From a virus, in the IMG/VR virus record IMGVR_UViG_3300033143_004212, positions 1 through 64,000 of that record: a stretch of DNA of 64,000 bases. One strand, written 5' to 3'. Position 1 is the stretch's first letter; every line of letters starts with the position of its first letter. The notes below the pieces were generated by a model, which had not been told where the DNA came from, searched no databases, and saw only the letters and a list, made by a program, of their open reading frames with translations. Position numbers and translations under genes: made by a program. Below, in pieces: positions 17,517 to 29,151 of the stretch.

Positions 17517-18033
17517 AAAAATTCATACAATTCATATAATGTAAGCTTTTGACAGCTCTTACAATATCTACCAAAGCTTCCTGATCCTGCTTTTTATGGG
17601 GGTATCTGGAAGAACTGGGAGAGGGGGGTAGTTCTGGGAAAAATTCCCTGTAAAAAAATGGAAATCGGCGGGTGTGGCTCCATCCCCCCCCAATCAAATA
17701 TTATTTTCCACAGCGTACTAGCAAACCCTTTTTTTCCAGGACATAGCACTATTTGCTTTGCATTTCCCTATGTTCAATCCCCTTGTTACCAAATCCCCTT
17801 TTCAAATCCTAGGTGCAATTTCTTTAAGACCGCAGTGCGCTAGTTATTATTCATTGTTATTATCCATTCCCCAAAATTCATTCTCCCATAATTTTCTCTG
17901 GTCCTATGTTTGTGTTTCTTTTTAAAATATGATATAATATAAGTGAGATAAAGAAAAAGGGGCATAGTATTATAATATATATTATATTATATATTATATT
18001 ATATATCTCTTTATAAACAAAAGGAGCAAAAGG

Positions 18034-18396
18034 ATGTATAAAATAAAAAAATTACCAATAGAATTTTTTATAGAAAGATTTAAAGAAGGATTTAATAAGG
18101 AAGAAGTAATTAAGTTATTCACGCAAGGTAATTGTTATCATTTTGCAGTAATCTTATCAAATTTATATGATGGAGAAATCTATCATGATAATATTGTTAA
18201 TCATTTTATTTTTAAACATAAAAATAAATTTTATGATATTACAGGTGAGGTGGATGTAAAAAATAAAGACATAAGTAAATTAATAGATATAGAAATTAAT
18301 GATCCTTCTCATTTTATTATACTATTAAGAGATTGTATATATAAAATAAATTATTTTGAGGGGATACCTAATGAATATTGTATTTTAAAAAAATAA
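18034..18396 (+). CDS. Hypothetical phage protein with possible Cys-His-Asp triad
   Basis: GNCYHFA...NHF...FYDITG. Confidence 0.7.
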   Translation: MYKIKKLPIEFFIERFKEGFNKEEVIKLFTQGNCYHFAVILSNLYDGEIYHDNIVNHFIFKHKNKFYDITGEVDVKNKDISKLIDIEINDPSHFIILLRDCIYKINYFEGIPNEYCILKK

Positions 18397-18425
18397 TATA
18401 TTAGAATTAAAGGTGGTGGAAAAAA

Positions 18426-19487
18426 ATTCTAAAATTACAACTAGACCAAACGTTACGTACCCAAGAGGAAAGAATGCAGTTAATAAAAAATATTATAAAT
18501 AATCCTGAATTCAAATCAAATGCTTGAGTACTAGAAATATTAACTAATTATGTTTTATTTCTTAAACCAAAGAAAGACCGCAGTATAATAAGTAATAACA
18601 GAGCAAAAACAATTTACAAAAGAGAGACTTCTACAGAAGGTCTCCAAAAGAAGTTTGAAACAGGAGAAGATGCGATTTATAATTTAATTAGAAATGATAA
18701 AAATATGATACTTTCTCCAAAAGTAACAATAACTCCAAATGATTTGCGCAAATATCCTGAATTACAACAATTACGAGATGCGATTGATACGTGAGATGAA
18801 CAAATGAAAATAAAACAATTTTCGGGGAAGAACTTATATAAAGCAAAGAAAGCAATTATAGAAATGCGCCAAATGCAGTATATAATAAAAGAAGCTTTAA
18901 CAAAACCATCAAGAGCAAAATCATTTATGAAAACACCAATTAATACACAATTTACTAAGGACACATGGTATGTGAAAGAAAACGGAGAATTGAAGATTGT
19001 CAGCGAAGATGCTATAAATTTTAAGAACCCTAAGCATATAGAAATGCTTATTTATTACTATCCTAAACTTATAGATTCGGCTTGAGACTTTAACAGTAGT
19101 GAGATGAAACACCTACTATGGGACTTAGAAAATTTGATTAATGCGGCACTAAAGGAAAATAAAGCTTGAAAAGATATCTTACTTTGGAAAATAGACAAGA
19201 GAACAAATAAAGAGATTAAAGTGATGTTGAGTGAGGAACATAACTTAATTTATTCAGAAGAATATATATCTACGATATATAGAAAGAAAATACCGGCATA
19301 TATTGCATCTTACTATGCAAAAGATATGGAAGAATGAACTTATACTTTTAAAATAAAAGGTAGTTACAAAAAATGTAATAGGTGTGAAGAAATCAAATTA
19401 GCAAATAATGATAACTTTTCACTAAATAAAGGTAGCAGAGATGGCTTCTATTCAATCTGCAAGTGCTGTCGTAAGAAGAAGAAATAA
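18426..19487 (+). CDS. Conserved phage protein with C-terminal Zn-finger; five TGA=Trp
   Basis: One frame apart from TGA at 18525, 18792, 19083, 19167, 19335; ends KKCNRC...ICKCCRKKKK; start codon uncertain (ATT after GGTGG). Confidence 0.7.
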
Positions 19488-19502
19488 GGAAGAGTAAATA
19501 TT

Positions 19503-20030
19503 ATGGAAGAAGTATGGAAAGATATAGAAGGTTATGATGGTGATTATCAAATTAGCAATAAAGGAAATATAAAAAGTTTTAAAAGAATTAAAGATGGTAA
19601 GTTATTAAAAGCAACTGTAGGTAATACAGGATACTGCACAGTGAAACTATCTAATAAAGATAAAGAAAGAAAGACTTTTAGAGTTCATCGCTTAGTCGCT
19701 TTACATTTTTTAGAATTAGTAGAAGGGAAAGATAATGTAAACCATAAGAATGGAGATAAAACAGATAATGATGTAAATAATCTTGAATGGTGTACTTATA
19801 AAGAAAATAATATTCATGCTCGAAAAACTGGACTTAATAAAGCAAATGGAGAAAAACATTATTGCGCTAAGTTAACAGAAGAAAACGTAAAATATATTAG
19901 AGAAAATTATATTAAAGGAAGTAGAACATTTGGACAAGGTGCTCTTTCAAGAAAATTTGGAGTGTCTCAATCGCAAATCTTTAATGTAGTTCATAATATA
20001 ACCTGAAAAAAGAAAAATAAAAAACAATAA
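19503..20030 (+). CDS. NUMOD4/HNH homing endonuclease (TGA=Trp at 20004)
   Basis: EEVWKDIEGY, VHRLVA, VNHKNGDKTDN..NLEW; C-terminal IT[W]KK. Confidence 0.9.
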
Positions 20031-20089
20031 GAGTTCCAAGTGATGTTATTTTCTCTTGGGACTATGAGTCGTTAAGGAGAGAACCAGAA

Positions 20090-21190
20090 ATGGCAGAAAA
20101 GAAAAAATGTTCCAATTGTCAAAGAGAACGTCCTTTAAAAGAGTTCTGAAAATCAAATAATCTTGAAATGTATCCCGGAGATGGTAAAGTTGACCTTTGC
20201 CGCTTATGTCTTACTAAAGGTGTCAAAGATTTGAATGACTGAGCAGGAGTACGTGAAATATGTAAAGTGCTAGATTATCCTTTTATTCAAAGTAAATGGG
20301 ATGACGTAGTTAAGAAAATGCGTGAGAATGCGGAAAGATACGATATTTCAACAGAGAAGAAAAAAAGAGAAACTATTCGTAAGACTATTGGTGACTATGC
20401 GCGAATAATGAAATTAGGAAAATATATGAAAATGACTTACGAAGATTCCGATGAGATAGTGACTCTTGTCGCGGATGCGACTGACATAGCCGTTGAGCAG
20501 AAACGAAAAGAAAAAGAACAAGAATTAGAAGAAGTAAGAGAAGCTAGTATGGGAAGTTTTTCTATAGAGGAAAGAGCCTTTCTTATGGCGAAATGGAGAA
20601 CTACAGATTTAGAAGATATGTTATGGTTAGAGAATTATTATTTAAGTATGATGGAAGATTTTGAAATAACTACTACTTCACATAAAGATTATTTAAGAAA
20701 AATTTGTAAAATATCTTTAAACTTAGATAAAGCAATTGAAGCGAATGATGGAGACAATATTAAAATATTACGTGCTACTTATAGTGCTTTTATGAAAGAA
20801 GGAAATTTTACAGAGCAACAAGCTAATAAAGATAAATCTAATTTTGTTTCTTCTTTTGGAGAACTTGCGGCATTCCTTGAAGTAGAAGGTTTTGTAGAAA
20901 TGATAGATTTAACTTTCCCAAGAGATATGGTAGATAGAACGATAGGTAACTTAAATTCTTATATAAGAGACCTTGTTTTAAATGAGAGTGGACTTGCGGA
21001 TTTACTTGAATCTACAATCCAACTAATGAATGCTCCTGATGAAGATGAAGATGCTGATTATGAATACGGTTCTGATTATATGTGAGAAGATGATTTAGAA
21101 ATAGATTGGTCAAAAATAGATGAAGAGGAAGAAGATGAAGTTGACGAAGAAGTAAAAGAAAAAGTTGAAGGTGAAAAGAAAGATGAATAA
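20090..21190 (+). CDS. Zn-finger protein upstream of terminase (putative small terminase); TGA=Trp at 20147, 20240, 21083
   Basis: AAGGAG RBS; CSNC...CRLC; acidic tail; overlaps TerL start. Confidence 0.65.
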
Positions 21191-22976
21191 TCTTACAGAT
21201 AAAAGAAGACAACAAATTTTTCTTAGTGTAAAACAGCAAATAGATGAAGCAAAATTAAGAAATAGTAAAAGCAATAAAAAAGAAGATATTACTGAAGCAA
21301 GAGTAGTTGGTATAAAAGACGAATTGCGCAAACAATTTAGTTTTTGGAAAGCTTATCCCGATTTATTTTTGGATACTATCTTACCTAAAAGTTCTAGTTT
21401 TAATTTTTATTTTTATCAAAGATTATTTCTTAGAATAGCAATTCGATATAAACTTGTTTATGCGACTTTTACTCGTGCGTTTTCAAAATCTTTTTTATCT
21501 ATTATTATAGAATATTTAAAATGTATCTTTTACCCCGGAGCGAAGCAATTTATTACAACAGGTGGTAAAGGACAAGCCGCGCAAATTGCGGAAGAAAAAA
21601 TAAAAGAGATATGAGGAATTTGACCAGTATTAAAAGACGAACTTGTAAAATGGAGTTTCCAAAAAGATGGCGTTAAATTAGAATTCAAAAATGGTTCTAT
21701 TCTTGATGTTGTTGGTATGAGAGATTCTACTCGTGGAGGACGTAGACATGGAGGTCTTATTGAAGAAGCTATACTTATTGATGGTAATCGTTTAAATGAA
21801 GTAATTATTCCACTTATGAATATTAGTAGAACAGGTATGGATGGAGTTAAAGACCCAAGAGATGTAAATAATAAAAGTCAAATTTATGTTACGACTGCAG
21901 GTTATAAGGGCAGTTTTGCATATGAGAAATTAATACAAGTTTTATTATGGCAAATAATTAAACCTAAAGAAGCTTTTGTACTTGGTGGCGATTATCGTAT
22001 ACCAGTTATGCATGGACTCTTGGATAAAAACTTTATTAAAGAATTAAAAGCAGATGGAACGTATAATGAAATGTCATTTTCTAGAGAATATGGATCCAGA
22101 TGGTCAGGAACAAAAGATGGCGCTTTCTTTGATGCTGAAATCATATCAAAATATAGAGTTTTAGGTAATTCAGAGATTCAACCTGATGGAAGAAGTAGTA
22201 AAGATACTTTTTATGTTTTTGGTATTGATGTTGGTAGACATAGAGCTCAAACAATAGTAGTTATTATTAAAGTTACTTTAAATCGTACAACTGGTGCTTG
22301 GGATAAAAAAATAGTAAATTTACATGTATTTGAAGACATGCATTTTGAAGACCAAGCCGGAGAAATTAAATATCTATTTAATATATTCCGTCCTAGAGCA
22401 ATTGCGATAGATGGTACTGGTTTAGGTACTGGATTAATAGACTTCTTAGTAAAAGAAACAGATTATAATGGAGTCTTATATGAACCTTTTGGTGTGCTCG
22501 GAGAAGATTATAAAGAGGATTATGAAGCTTATATTGTTCATAATACTATTCCAATTCTTTATATAGTTAAAGCAACTCCTGCTATTAATAGTGCAATGCA
22601 TTCAAATATATATTCACAATTAACAGGAGGTCGAATTAAATTCTTAGCAAATGAACGTATTGCTAAAACTAAGTTTGCTTCTAAAAAAGGTTGGTCTAAA
22701 TTGGCATCTGATAGTAGGGCAGAAAAGTTAAAACCATTTACTTTAACTTCTATATTAAAAGAAGAAATGCTGAACCTTAAAAGAGATGGGGAAGGAGCCG
22801 ATATTAGGTTAAAACGAGTTCATTCTAAAATTGGAAAGGATAAATTTTCTGCTCTTGAAATTGGATTATATTATATTTATCTTAAAGAAAGAGAAAAGAA
22901 AACTAGACGTGTTGGAATTGAAAGCATAATAAAAACGAAAAAGAAAAAGAAAAAAACTTGGAAGAGATGGGGATAA
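21183..22976 (+). CDS. terL: Terminase large subunit (TGA=Trp at 21612, 21621)
   Basis: TRAFSKS Walker A-like, RGGRRHGGLIEEA Walker B, YVTTAG, GIDVG and IDGTG nuclease motifs; both track fragments in the same frame. Confidence 0.92.
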
Positions 22977-23049
22977 TAACTAAATCCCTTCTCTTTTTTA
23001 TGAAAATGTGGTATAATTATATAAACGGTAGGAGGTGTAAAAAGATAAA

Positions 23050-24525
23050 ATGCTTAATAAAAGAAATGGAAATAAAAGCAGATATGCACAAGGAAATGGA
23101 GAAAATGATTTAGAACCTTTAAAAAATATGAAGGCTATATATGATGCTCCAGAAATTCCTAAATATAATTTTACAGAAGATGCGATTAGAACAGCAATAA
23201 ATAATTTAGATGTGCCAAAAATGAGGGACATTTCTTTGTATTTCTATTATGCAAGTAAGAGTTATGGTAGATTAGTAGATTATTTCGCTAATATGTTAAC
23301 TTTTGATTATTTAATTGTCCCAAAAAAACAATATAATCAAAAGAAAACAACTCCTGAAAAAATAGAAGAAGAATTAGCTGTAGTTTTAGATGTGTTTAAA
23401 AAAAGTAGAGTAAAACAAGAATTTAGAGAAATAGCTAGAAAAGTTATGATAGAAGGAGTATTTTTTGGATATTTAGTTTTTGCTTCTGATACTTGGGAAG
23501 TTCAAGAATTACCTTATAAATATTGTGAAACGAATTTCCAATATATGGGAATTCCAATTATAGAATTCAATCTAGAGTACTTTGATAGAGAGTTTAGAGA
23601 TGAAAAATTAAGACTTGTAGTTTTAGAAACATATCCAGATGAAATAGCATCTGCTTATGATGTTTATAAAAATAATGGTGGCGATAAAATTTTTTATGTA
23701 GAACCTAAACATTCTATGGTATTTTCTCAAAATGATAATCTCATTCCTTATTTGATCAGTATTATTTTAGATGTTATTAGATTTAATAATTATAAAGCTA
23801 TTGATGAAATTAGAAATGAACAAGAAATATTAAAACTTATAATTCAAAAGCTTCCAGTTGCAAAAGATGGAACTTTATTATTCTCTCCAGATGAAATGGA
23901 ATATTTACACAATATAGTTGCAGATATGATAGATGAAATGCCATCAATTGACTTGATTACTTCATATGCTGATGTAACAACTGAGAATCTTCAAGACCAA
24001 AAGAATACAGCGCAGAACTCAATGAATAATGCGAAAGATAATATTTATGCTGAAGCAGGTGTTAGTTCTCAATTAATGGATGCTCAAGGGAATATTGCAT
24101 TGGACAAATCTATTAAAATAGATGAAGGTGAAATGTTTAATTTATTAGAGGCGCTAAAAAATTATTTCCAATTTGTTTTAGATGTAGAATATACATCTGC
24201 TAAATTGTCTTATAATTTAATAATGCCTGAATTAACTATTTTTAACAGACAAGAATGGTTTGACAGATATCTAAAAGGTGGTCAATTTGGCTATCCTAAA
24301 CTTTTAGCTTCTTTAGCTATGGGAATTGATCAATTAAGTTTTTATGATTTGTTAGAATACGAAGATGGTATTCTAAAATTAACAGAAAAAATGATTCCAT
24401 TAAAATCTAGTCATACTGAATCTTCAAATGGTTCAGATGCCGGAAATGACGATAAAGGTGGTAGCCCTGGTACTAAAGATGACAAAAAAGATGACAAAAC
24501 AATAGACAATCTGAATAATGATTAA
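23050..24525 (+). CDS. Portal protein
   Basis: 491 aa immediately after TerL; synteny. Confidence 0.75.
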   Translation: MLNKRNGNKSRYAQGNGENDLEPLKNMKAIYDAPEIPKYNFTEDAIRTAINNLDVPKMRDISLYFYYASKSYGRLVDYFANMLTFDYLIVPKKQYNQKKTTPEKIEEELAVVLDVFKKSRVKQEFREIARKVMIEGVFFGYLVFASDTWEVQELPYKYCETNFQYMGIPIIEFNLEYFDREFRDEKLRLVVLETYPDEIASAYDVYKNNGGDKIFYVEPKHSMVFSQNDNLIPYLISIILDVIRFNNYKAIDEIRNEQEILKLIIQKLPVAKDGTLLFSPDEMEYLHNIVADMIDEMPSIDLITSYADVTTENLQDQKNTAQNSMNNAKDNIYAEAGVSSQLMDAQGNIALDKSIKIDEGEMFNLLEALKNYFQFVLDVEYTSAKLSYNLIMPELTIFNRQEWFDRYLKGGQFGYPKLLASLAMGIDQLSFYDLLEYEDGILKLTEKMIPLKSSHTESSNGSDAGNDDKGGSPGTKDDKKDDKTIDNLNND

Positions 24526-24535
24526 GGAGGTAAAT

Positions 24536-25978
24536 ATGGGAAAAAGAGATACAACAAAATTCTCTAATTGCTCTGTTAAAGTAACTTTTGTAGAAACAAA
24601 ATATGATTCAGATACGAATCCTCTTTTTTCAAAAGTTAAAATTAATTTCCTTTATAAGGGAATGAATAGGAATGGAAGTTATATTTCTAAACGAGTTGCG
24701 GAAAAAATGGGAGCGGCTATTAGTTACACTCCAATCATTGGAGAATTTTTAAAAGAAAAAGAAGATTTTGGAACACATGGTGGAAAATTAACTATTACAA
24801 GCGAAGATGTAATTTATGAAGAAACAACTGTTCCATACGGAGTTGTTGGCGCGGCTGACAATCTTTGGTGGGAAGACGTAGAAGATGATGATGGGAATGT
24901 ACAATCATATCTAACTACTTGAGGTTATTTATGGACTAAAAGATATCCTGATGCTGAAGTAGTTTTATCTGATAATAACTGGCAATCAATGGAGCTAGAT
25001 AATGACAGTGTGAAAGGGAGATGGATTCAAAAAAAAGATAGTGAAGATTTCTATTTTAAAATTGATGAAGCTCTTATTAGTGCTTTCTGCATCTTAGGAC
25101 CTGATGTTCGTCCTGCTTTTGAAAGATCGCAAGTTAAAAGTTTTTCACTAGCAGAAAATATGGGTAGCAGTTTTAAAGAAGAGTTTGAAGAAATGAAAGA
25201 AGATTTTAAAACTTTCTTATTTACTTTGGGCGAAAAAGAACAAACTGATACTGATAATCTTAATAATGATTTAGAGGGAGGAACAGATTCTATGTTATTT
25301 AAATTAAATATCGAAAATCCAAGTTCATTATTCTCTAGTTTAAATCCAGAAGATATTGCAACTAAGATCATCGTTAATGAAACAGATAACACTGTTACTT
25401 ACTTTGATTTAGAAGACGGTAAATTCTATGCTAGACAATTTACTATGAATGAGGAAGAAGAGATAGTTTGGGCAGAAGAAGAACCTGTAGTTTATGAATA
25501 TGGTCAACTTCCAAATGCTGAATTAGAGCAATCTAATGCAGAATTAACAGAAGATGTCGCTATTTTAAAAAATGCAGAAATCGATTTTGAAGCTCAAATA
25601 GAAACAAAAGATGGCTCTATAGTAGAACTTAATAAAACTGTTGAAACATTAAATGGAACAATAGAAACATTAAATACTTCTATTGGAGAATATGAAGAAT
25701 ATAAAAAAGAAAAAGTAGCAGAAGAGAAAGAAAGTTTAATTGCAGGATTTGCAGAAAAACTATCTGAAGAAGTTATCGAATCAATCGAAAAAGAAATTAA
25801 TAATTTCACATTAGAAGAAATCGAAGCTAAACTTATTCGTGCTTTTTATGAAGAAAACAAGGGTGATGATATAGACAACTCTAAATTCACTCATAATAAT
25901 AAACCACATAAATCAAGTAATACACCTGATTGGTTTAAAGCTGTTAAAACAGTGGTTAATAAGAACGAAGAAAAATAA
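24536..25978 (+). CDS. Prohead protease/scaffold fusion (TGA=Trp at 24920)
   Basis: NRNGS, QSMEL, FCILG motifs followed by acidic coiled coil; fragments in frame. Confidence 0.75.
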
Positions 25979-25999
25979 TTTAAGGGAGGAAATCACATT

Positions 26000-26587
26000 A
26001 TGGCTAGATTAGCAATGAGTACGACTTATGGCGTATTAGAAATGAACAGAGTTGCGGCTGTAGATACTAAGCAAGTATTTTCTCAACTTCCATTAGATGC
26101 AACAGACTTTGCAAGCATCGCTTGTGAAAATGGTATGGTATGCGTTTACGATGAAGTTGCAGGAGCAGTTAGATTACCTGATGAGGACACAGGTGTAGTT
26201 ATTGAAGAAGTACAACTTGTTGGAACTCATGAATTCTATTACGAAAATGCCGAATTAGGAGAATTTGCAGTATCAATCGAAACAACTGCAGTTAAATACT
26301 CTACTATCGGACATGCGGGAACTGCCGCAGATCAATACACTTACCCAGATCTATACAACTTAACTGTTGGAGATACTTTTACTACAAATACTGTAGATTT
26401 AGATTCTACTGCTTTCGCTGATACTTCAGTTGGAGAATATTTTACAGCTAGAGCTACAGGATTACTATTTTATGATGGAGCTACTGCTAATGCAGGTTCA
26501 GGACTAATTTGTGTAATTATCAAAAAGTATACAGTACCAAATGGAGACGAAGCTTTCAAACTAAAAGTAGTACAAGTAAGAGTGTAA
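26000..26587 (+). CDS. Putative head decoration/capsid-associated protein
   Basis: Between scaffold and MCP; CENGM motif. Confidence 0.55.
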   Translation: MARLAMSTTYGVLEMNRVAAVDTKQVFSQLPLDATDFASIACENGMVCVYDEVAGAVRLPDEDTGVVIEEVQLVGTHEFYYENAELGEFAVSIETTAVKYSTIGHAGTAADQYTYPDLYNLTVGDTFTTNTVDLDSTAFADTSVGEYFTARATGLLFYDGATANAGSGLICVIIKKYTVPNGDEAFKLKVVQVRV

Positions 26588-26624
26588 TCAAAAAATAATT
26601 AATTAATTGGGAGGTTAAGAACTT

Positions 26625-27623
26625 ATGAAATTTGAAGAAGTTAGAGCGTTAGCGAAAAAAGTAGTTGTTGCTAAGCCTAATATGACGTTTACTTTCGATG
26701 GTGAGACTGTTAATACAGATCAAATGATGGAAGCATTGAAAGATGGACTGAATGAATTAGCAGGCGACTATAAAGCGTATAGACGTAATAAAGTAGATGT
26801 CTTCGAGTTAATCGAAGAAACTGCAGATCTTTATCTACCTGCGAAAGTAGAAGCTTCTATTGGTAGATTTGCAGAAATTAAAAATACAGAACATGGACAA
26901 AAACCAAAGTTCTCTTTAAAAGTTGGTAAAGGAAGAGGTAAACAATTTGTAACAAAAGTTGGTACTTCAGGAATTTACGAAGTATTCAGACTTGACAAAG
27001 TTGAATTTACTGTTGAAACTGACAGAGTTGGTGGCGCAGGAGTCATCTCTTTAGAGAGATTATTAACTGGTGCTGAAAACTTAATTGACATCTTAGATGT
27101 TATTTTAGAAGGTATCGAAGATACTATCTATGGTCAAGTACAAACAGCTTTACAAGCATCTTTAACAGCAGGTCCTGCTAGTAACTACGGTTCTAATGCT
27201 GGATTCTCAGCAACAATCATGCAAGGATTATTAAATACAGTTTCTGCTTACGGAAAACCTGTTATTTATTGTACTCCTGAATTTGCGGCAACTATCGTTC
27301 CAGATGATGGATGGATAGGAGCAGTAGATATGACAGAAAAAAGAGAATATGGATATATCGGAAAATGGAATGGTGCTCCAGTTAACGTTATGCCACAATC
27401 TTTTGTTGATGAAACTAACCTAGTTAAAGTTTTCAATCCTAAATTTGCTTACATTATCCCTGCAGGAAAAGAAAAAATCGTTAAGGTTTTATTCGAAGGT
27501 CCAACAGTGGTAGCAGAATTAGAAAACAGAAACAGAACTAGAGAAATTTCAGCTACTAAAAAAATCGGTGTTGCAGTACTTTATAACAACCAATTCGCTC
27601 TTTTCCAAAATACTAGTCTATAA
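26625..27623 (+). CDS. Major capsid protein
   Basis: 332 aa, synteny, strongly biased high-expression codons. Confidence 0.8.
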   Translation: MKFEEVRALAKKVVVAKPNMTFTFDGETVNTDQMMEALKDGLNELAGDYKAYRRNKVDVFELIEETADLYLPAKVEASIGRFAEIKNTEHGQKPKFSLKVGKGRGKQFVTKVGTSGIYEVFRLDKVEFTVETDRVGGAGVISLERLLTGAENLIDILDVILEGIEDTIYGQVQTALQASLTAGPASNYGSNAGFSATIMQGLLNTVSAYGKPVIYCTPEFAATIVPDDGWIGAVDMTEKREYGYIGKWNGAPVNVMPQSFVDETNLVKVFNPKFAYIIPAGKEKIVKVLFEGPTVVAELENRNRTREISATKKIGVAVLYNNQFALFQNTSL

Positions 27624-27735
27624 GATTTGTGTTTTTAGAGAAAGTGTAGTATAATATAAGTACAAGGAATAAAAAAATATGGGGATAATTAATTTTATCC
27701 CCGTAATTTTACTATAGAGAAATAAGGAGGAAACA

Positions 27736-28344
27736 ATGGCTAAAAAAGATATTTTACCAACTACTTTATGTAAGGTTATTAGTATAACACCTGGATTGAA
27801 TGGATTAACTGCTCCATCTTTTCATTATCATATCGTTTTTAAACGTCCTGGACAAGTAATGCGAGTTAGATTTGAGATTTTACAAGATGCACTCCATGCT
27901 GATGATTCTTATATGTTAAATCACTGTTTAAGAGTTATGGATGGAGATGTGCGAAGAGAACTTGGATTAAATGATGATATCGAGTATAGTTTAAGTTTAG
28001 CAGATGTAGAAAAAATTATTTTATCAGGAACGCTTGAAGAATTAAGAGATTTATTCACTTATGGACCAGAAGGATATGCAAGATTAGCGGCAGATTTAGC
28101 TGTTAGAAAAGGTATGGATAGTACTGCTAAACTTGAATTAATTCAAGAATATAGTGGAATAAATGTTATTTTCCAAATTAAAGAAGGAATAGGACTTGAT
28201 GAAATAGAGGCAGAAGTAGAAAGAAAAACTGAAAGAAGTTATGATACAGTTAAAAAAGATGAACCAGAGGAAGTAGATGAGATTGAAGAAGAAGATAATA
28301 AAGAAGCTGCTTTACCTAAGTACACTAGAGTAGATAAGAAATAA
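27736..28344 (+). CDS. Hypothetical head-region protein
   Basis: AAGGAGG RBS; synteny. Confidence 0.7.
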   Translation: MAKKDILPTTLCKVISITPGLNGLTAPSFHYHIVFKRPGQVMRVRFEILQDALHADDSYMLNHCLRVMDGDVRRELGLNDDIEYSLSLADVEKIILSGTLEELRDLFTYGPEGYARLAADLAVRKGMDSTAKLELIQEYSGINVIFQIKEGIGLDEIEAEVERKTERSYDTVKKDEPEEVDEIEEEDNKEAALPKYTRVDKK

Positions 28345-28387
28345 TTTTAACTGGCGTACGCCAGTTTTTTATTGAGGAGGTTAAGAG

Positions 28388-28837
28388 ATGGTAACAAAAT
28401 TTCAAGATGTTTATGATTTATTCTTTGGTACTATTACAGATGATCTTTATATAAGCATGACGATAGAAGATACAAAAGCTGATGCACAAACCTTCTTATT
28501 ACTATCAATGGGAGAATTTAAATATTGTAAATTAGATCTTTTAGATTATAATTTATCTTTAAAATCTTGGAATATAGAATTAACGCTTGATGAAATGACT
28601 CATTTAGTATTTTTAATGAAAAAGTTTTGGTTAAAAAGACAAATTGATGATACTAATATAACTGATCAAAAAATTTATTCAGATAAAGATATAAAGGTAT
28701 ATTCTCAAGCAAATCATTTAGATGTTTTATTAAAAGCTTATAAAGAATCTAAATTAGATGTGAGAAAAGATAAAGATAGTTATAATAGAATTGATGGAAG
28801 TAGGAATGCTCGTTTAGGAGCAACAGCAGGCAAGTAA
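28388..28837 (+). CDS. Putative head-tail adaptor
   Basis: T.F..VYD.F N-terminus, SQANHL; synteny. Confidence 0.6.
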   Translation: MVTKFQDVYDLFFGTITDDLYISMTIEDTKADAQTFLLLSMGEFKYCKLDLLDYNLSLKSWNIELTLDEMTHLVFLMKKFWLKRQIDDTNITDQKIYSDKDIKVYSQANHLDVLLKAYKESKLDVRKDKDSYNRIDGSRNARLGATAGK

Positions 28838-28854
28838 GGAAGTAGGTAAGAGAT

Positions 28855-29151
28855 ATGAATAATGTTACTTTTATAAAATCAGATTGAGAAGTCTACCTAC
28901 GTTGGTTAAAAAATCAGATATATAAATTACTTCCTTTAAGAGAGGAAAAAGGAGAATGGAAAAAATTTGCTGAATCTCTTATATGAGAATTAAAAGGAGC
29001 AGACAATATTCAAAACAAAGTACCATTAATGAGTTTGATATTTAAATTATCTGCATTAACCAAAATGGAAGATTTTAGAATTTATAGAAAGACTATATTT
29101 GAATGTATAAATTTAATTAATAAATTCGAATTAAAGCTAGGTGAAGAATAG
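28855..29151 (+). CDS. Neck-region protein (98 aa; TGA=Trp at 28885, 28984); absent from ORF track
   Basis: NQIYKLLPLREE...YRKTIFECINL; exactly fills the gap to the next ATG. Confidence 0.75.

Noticed and set aside
5001-17843. Track ORFs over repeat clusters or the strand-switch region (5001-5195, 7451-7645, 13010-13255, 14571-14885, 15331-15704, 17374-17843)
   Set aside because: Open only because the repeats are GC-rich; no RBS; they overlap promoters and terminators
17968-18006. TA-rich microsatellite-like tract
   Set aside because: Low complexity in an AT-rich leader; no further support for a function
19503-20030. HNH gene as part of a group I intron
   Set aside because: Appears free-standing between two complete genes; no split host gene seen
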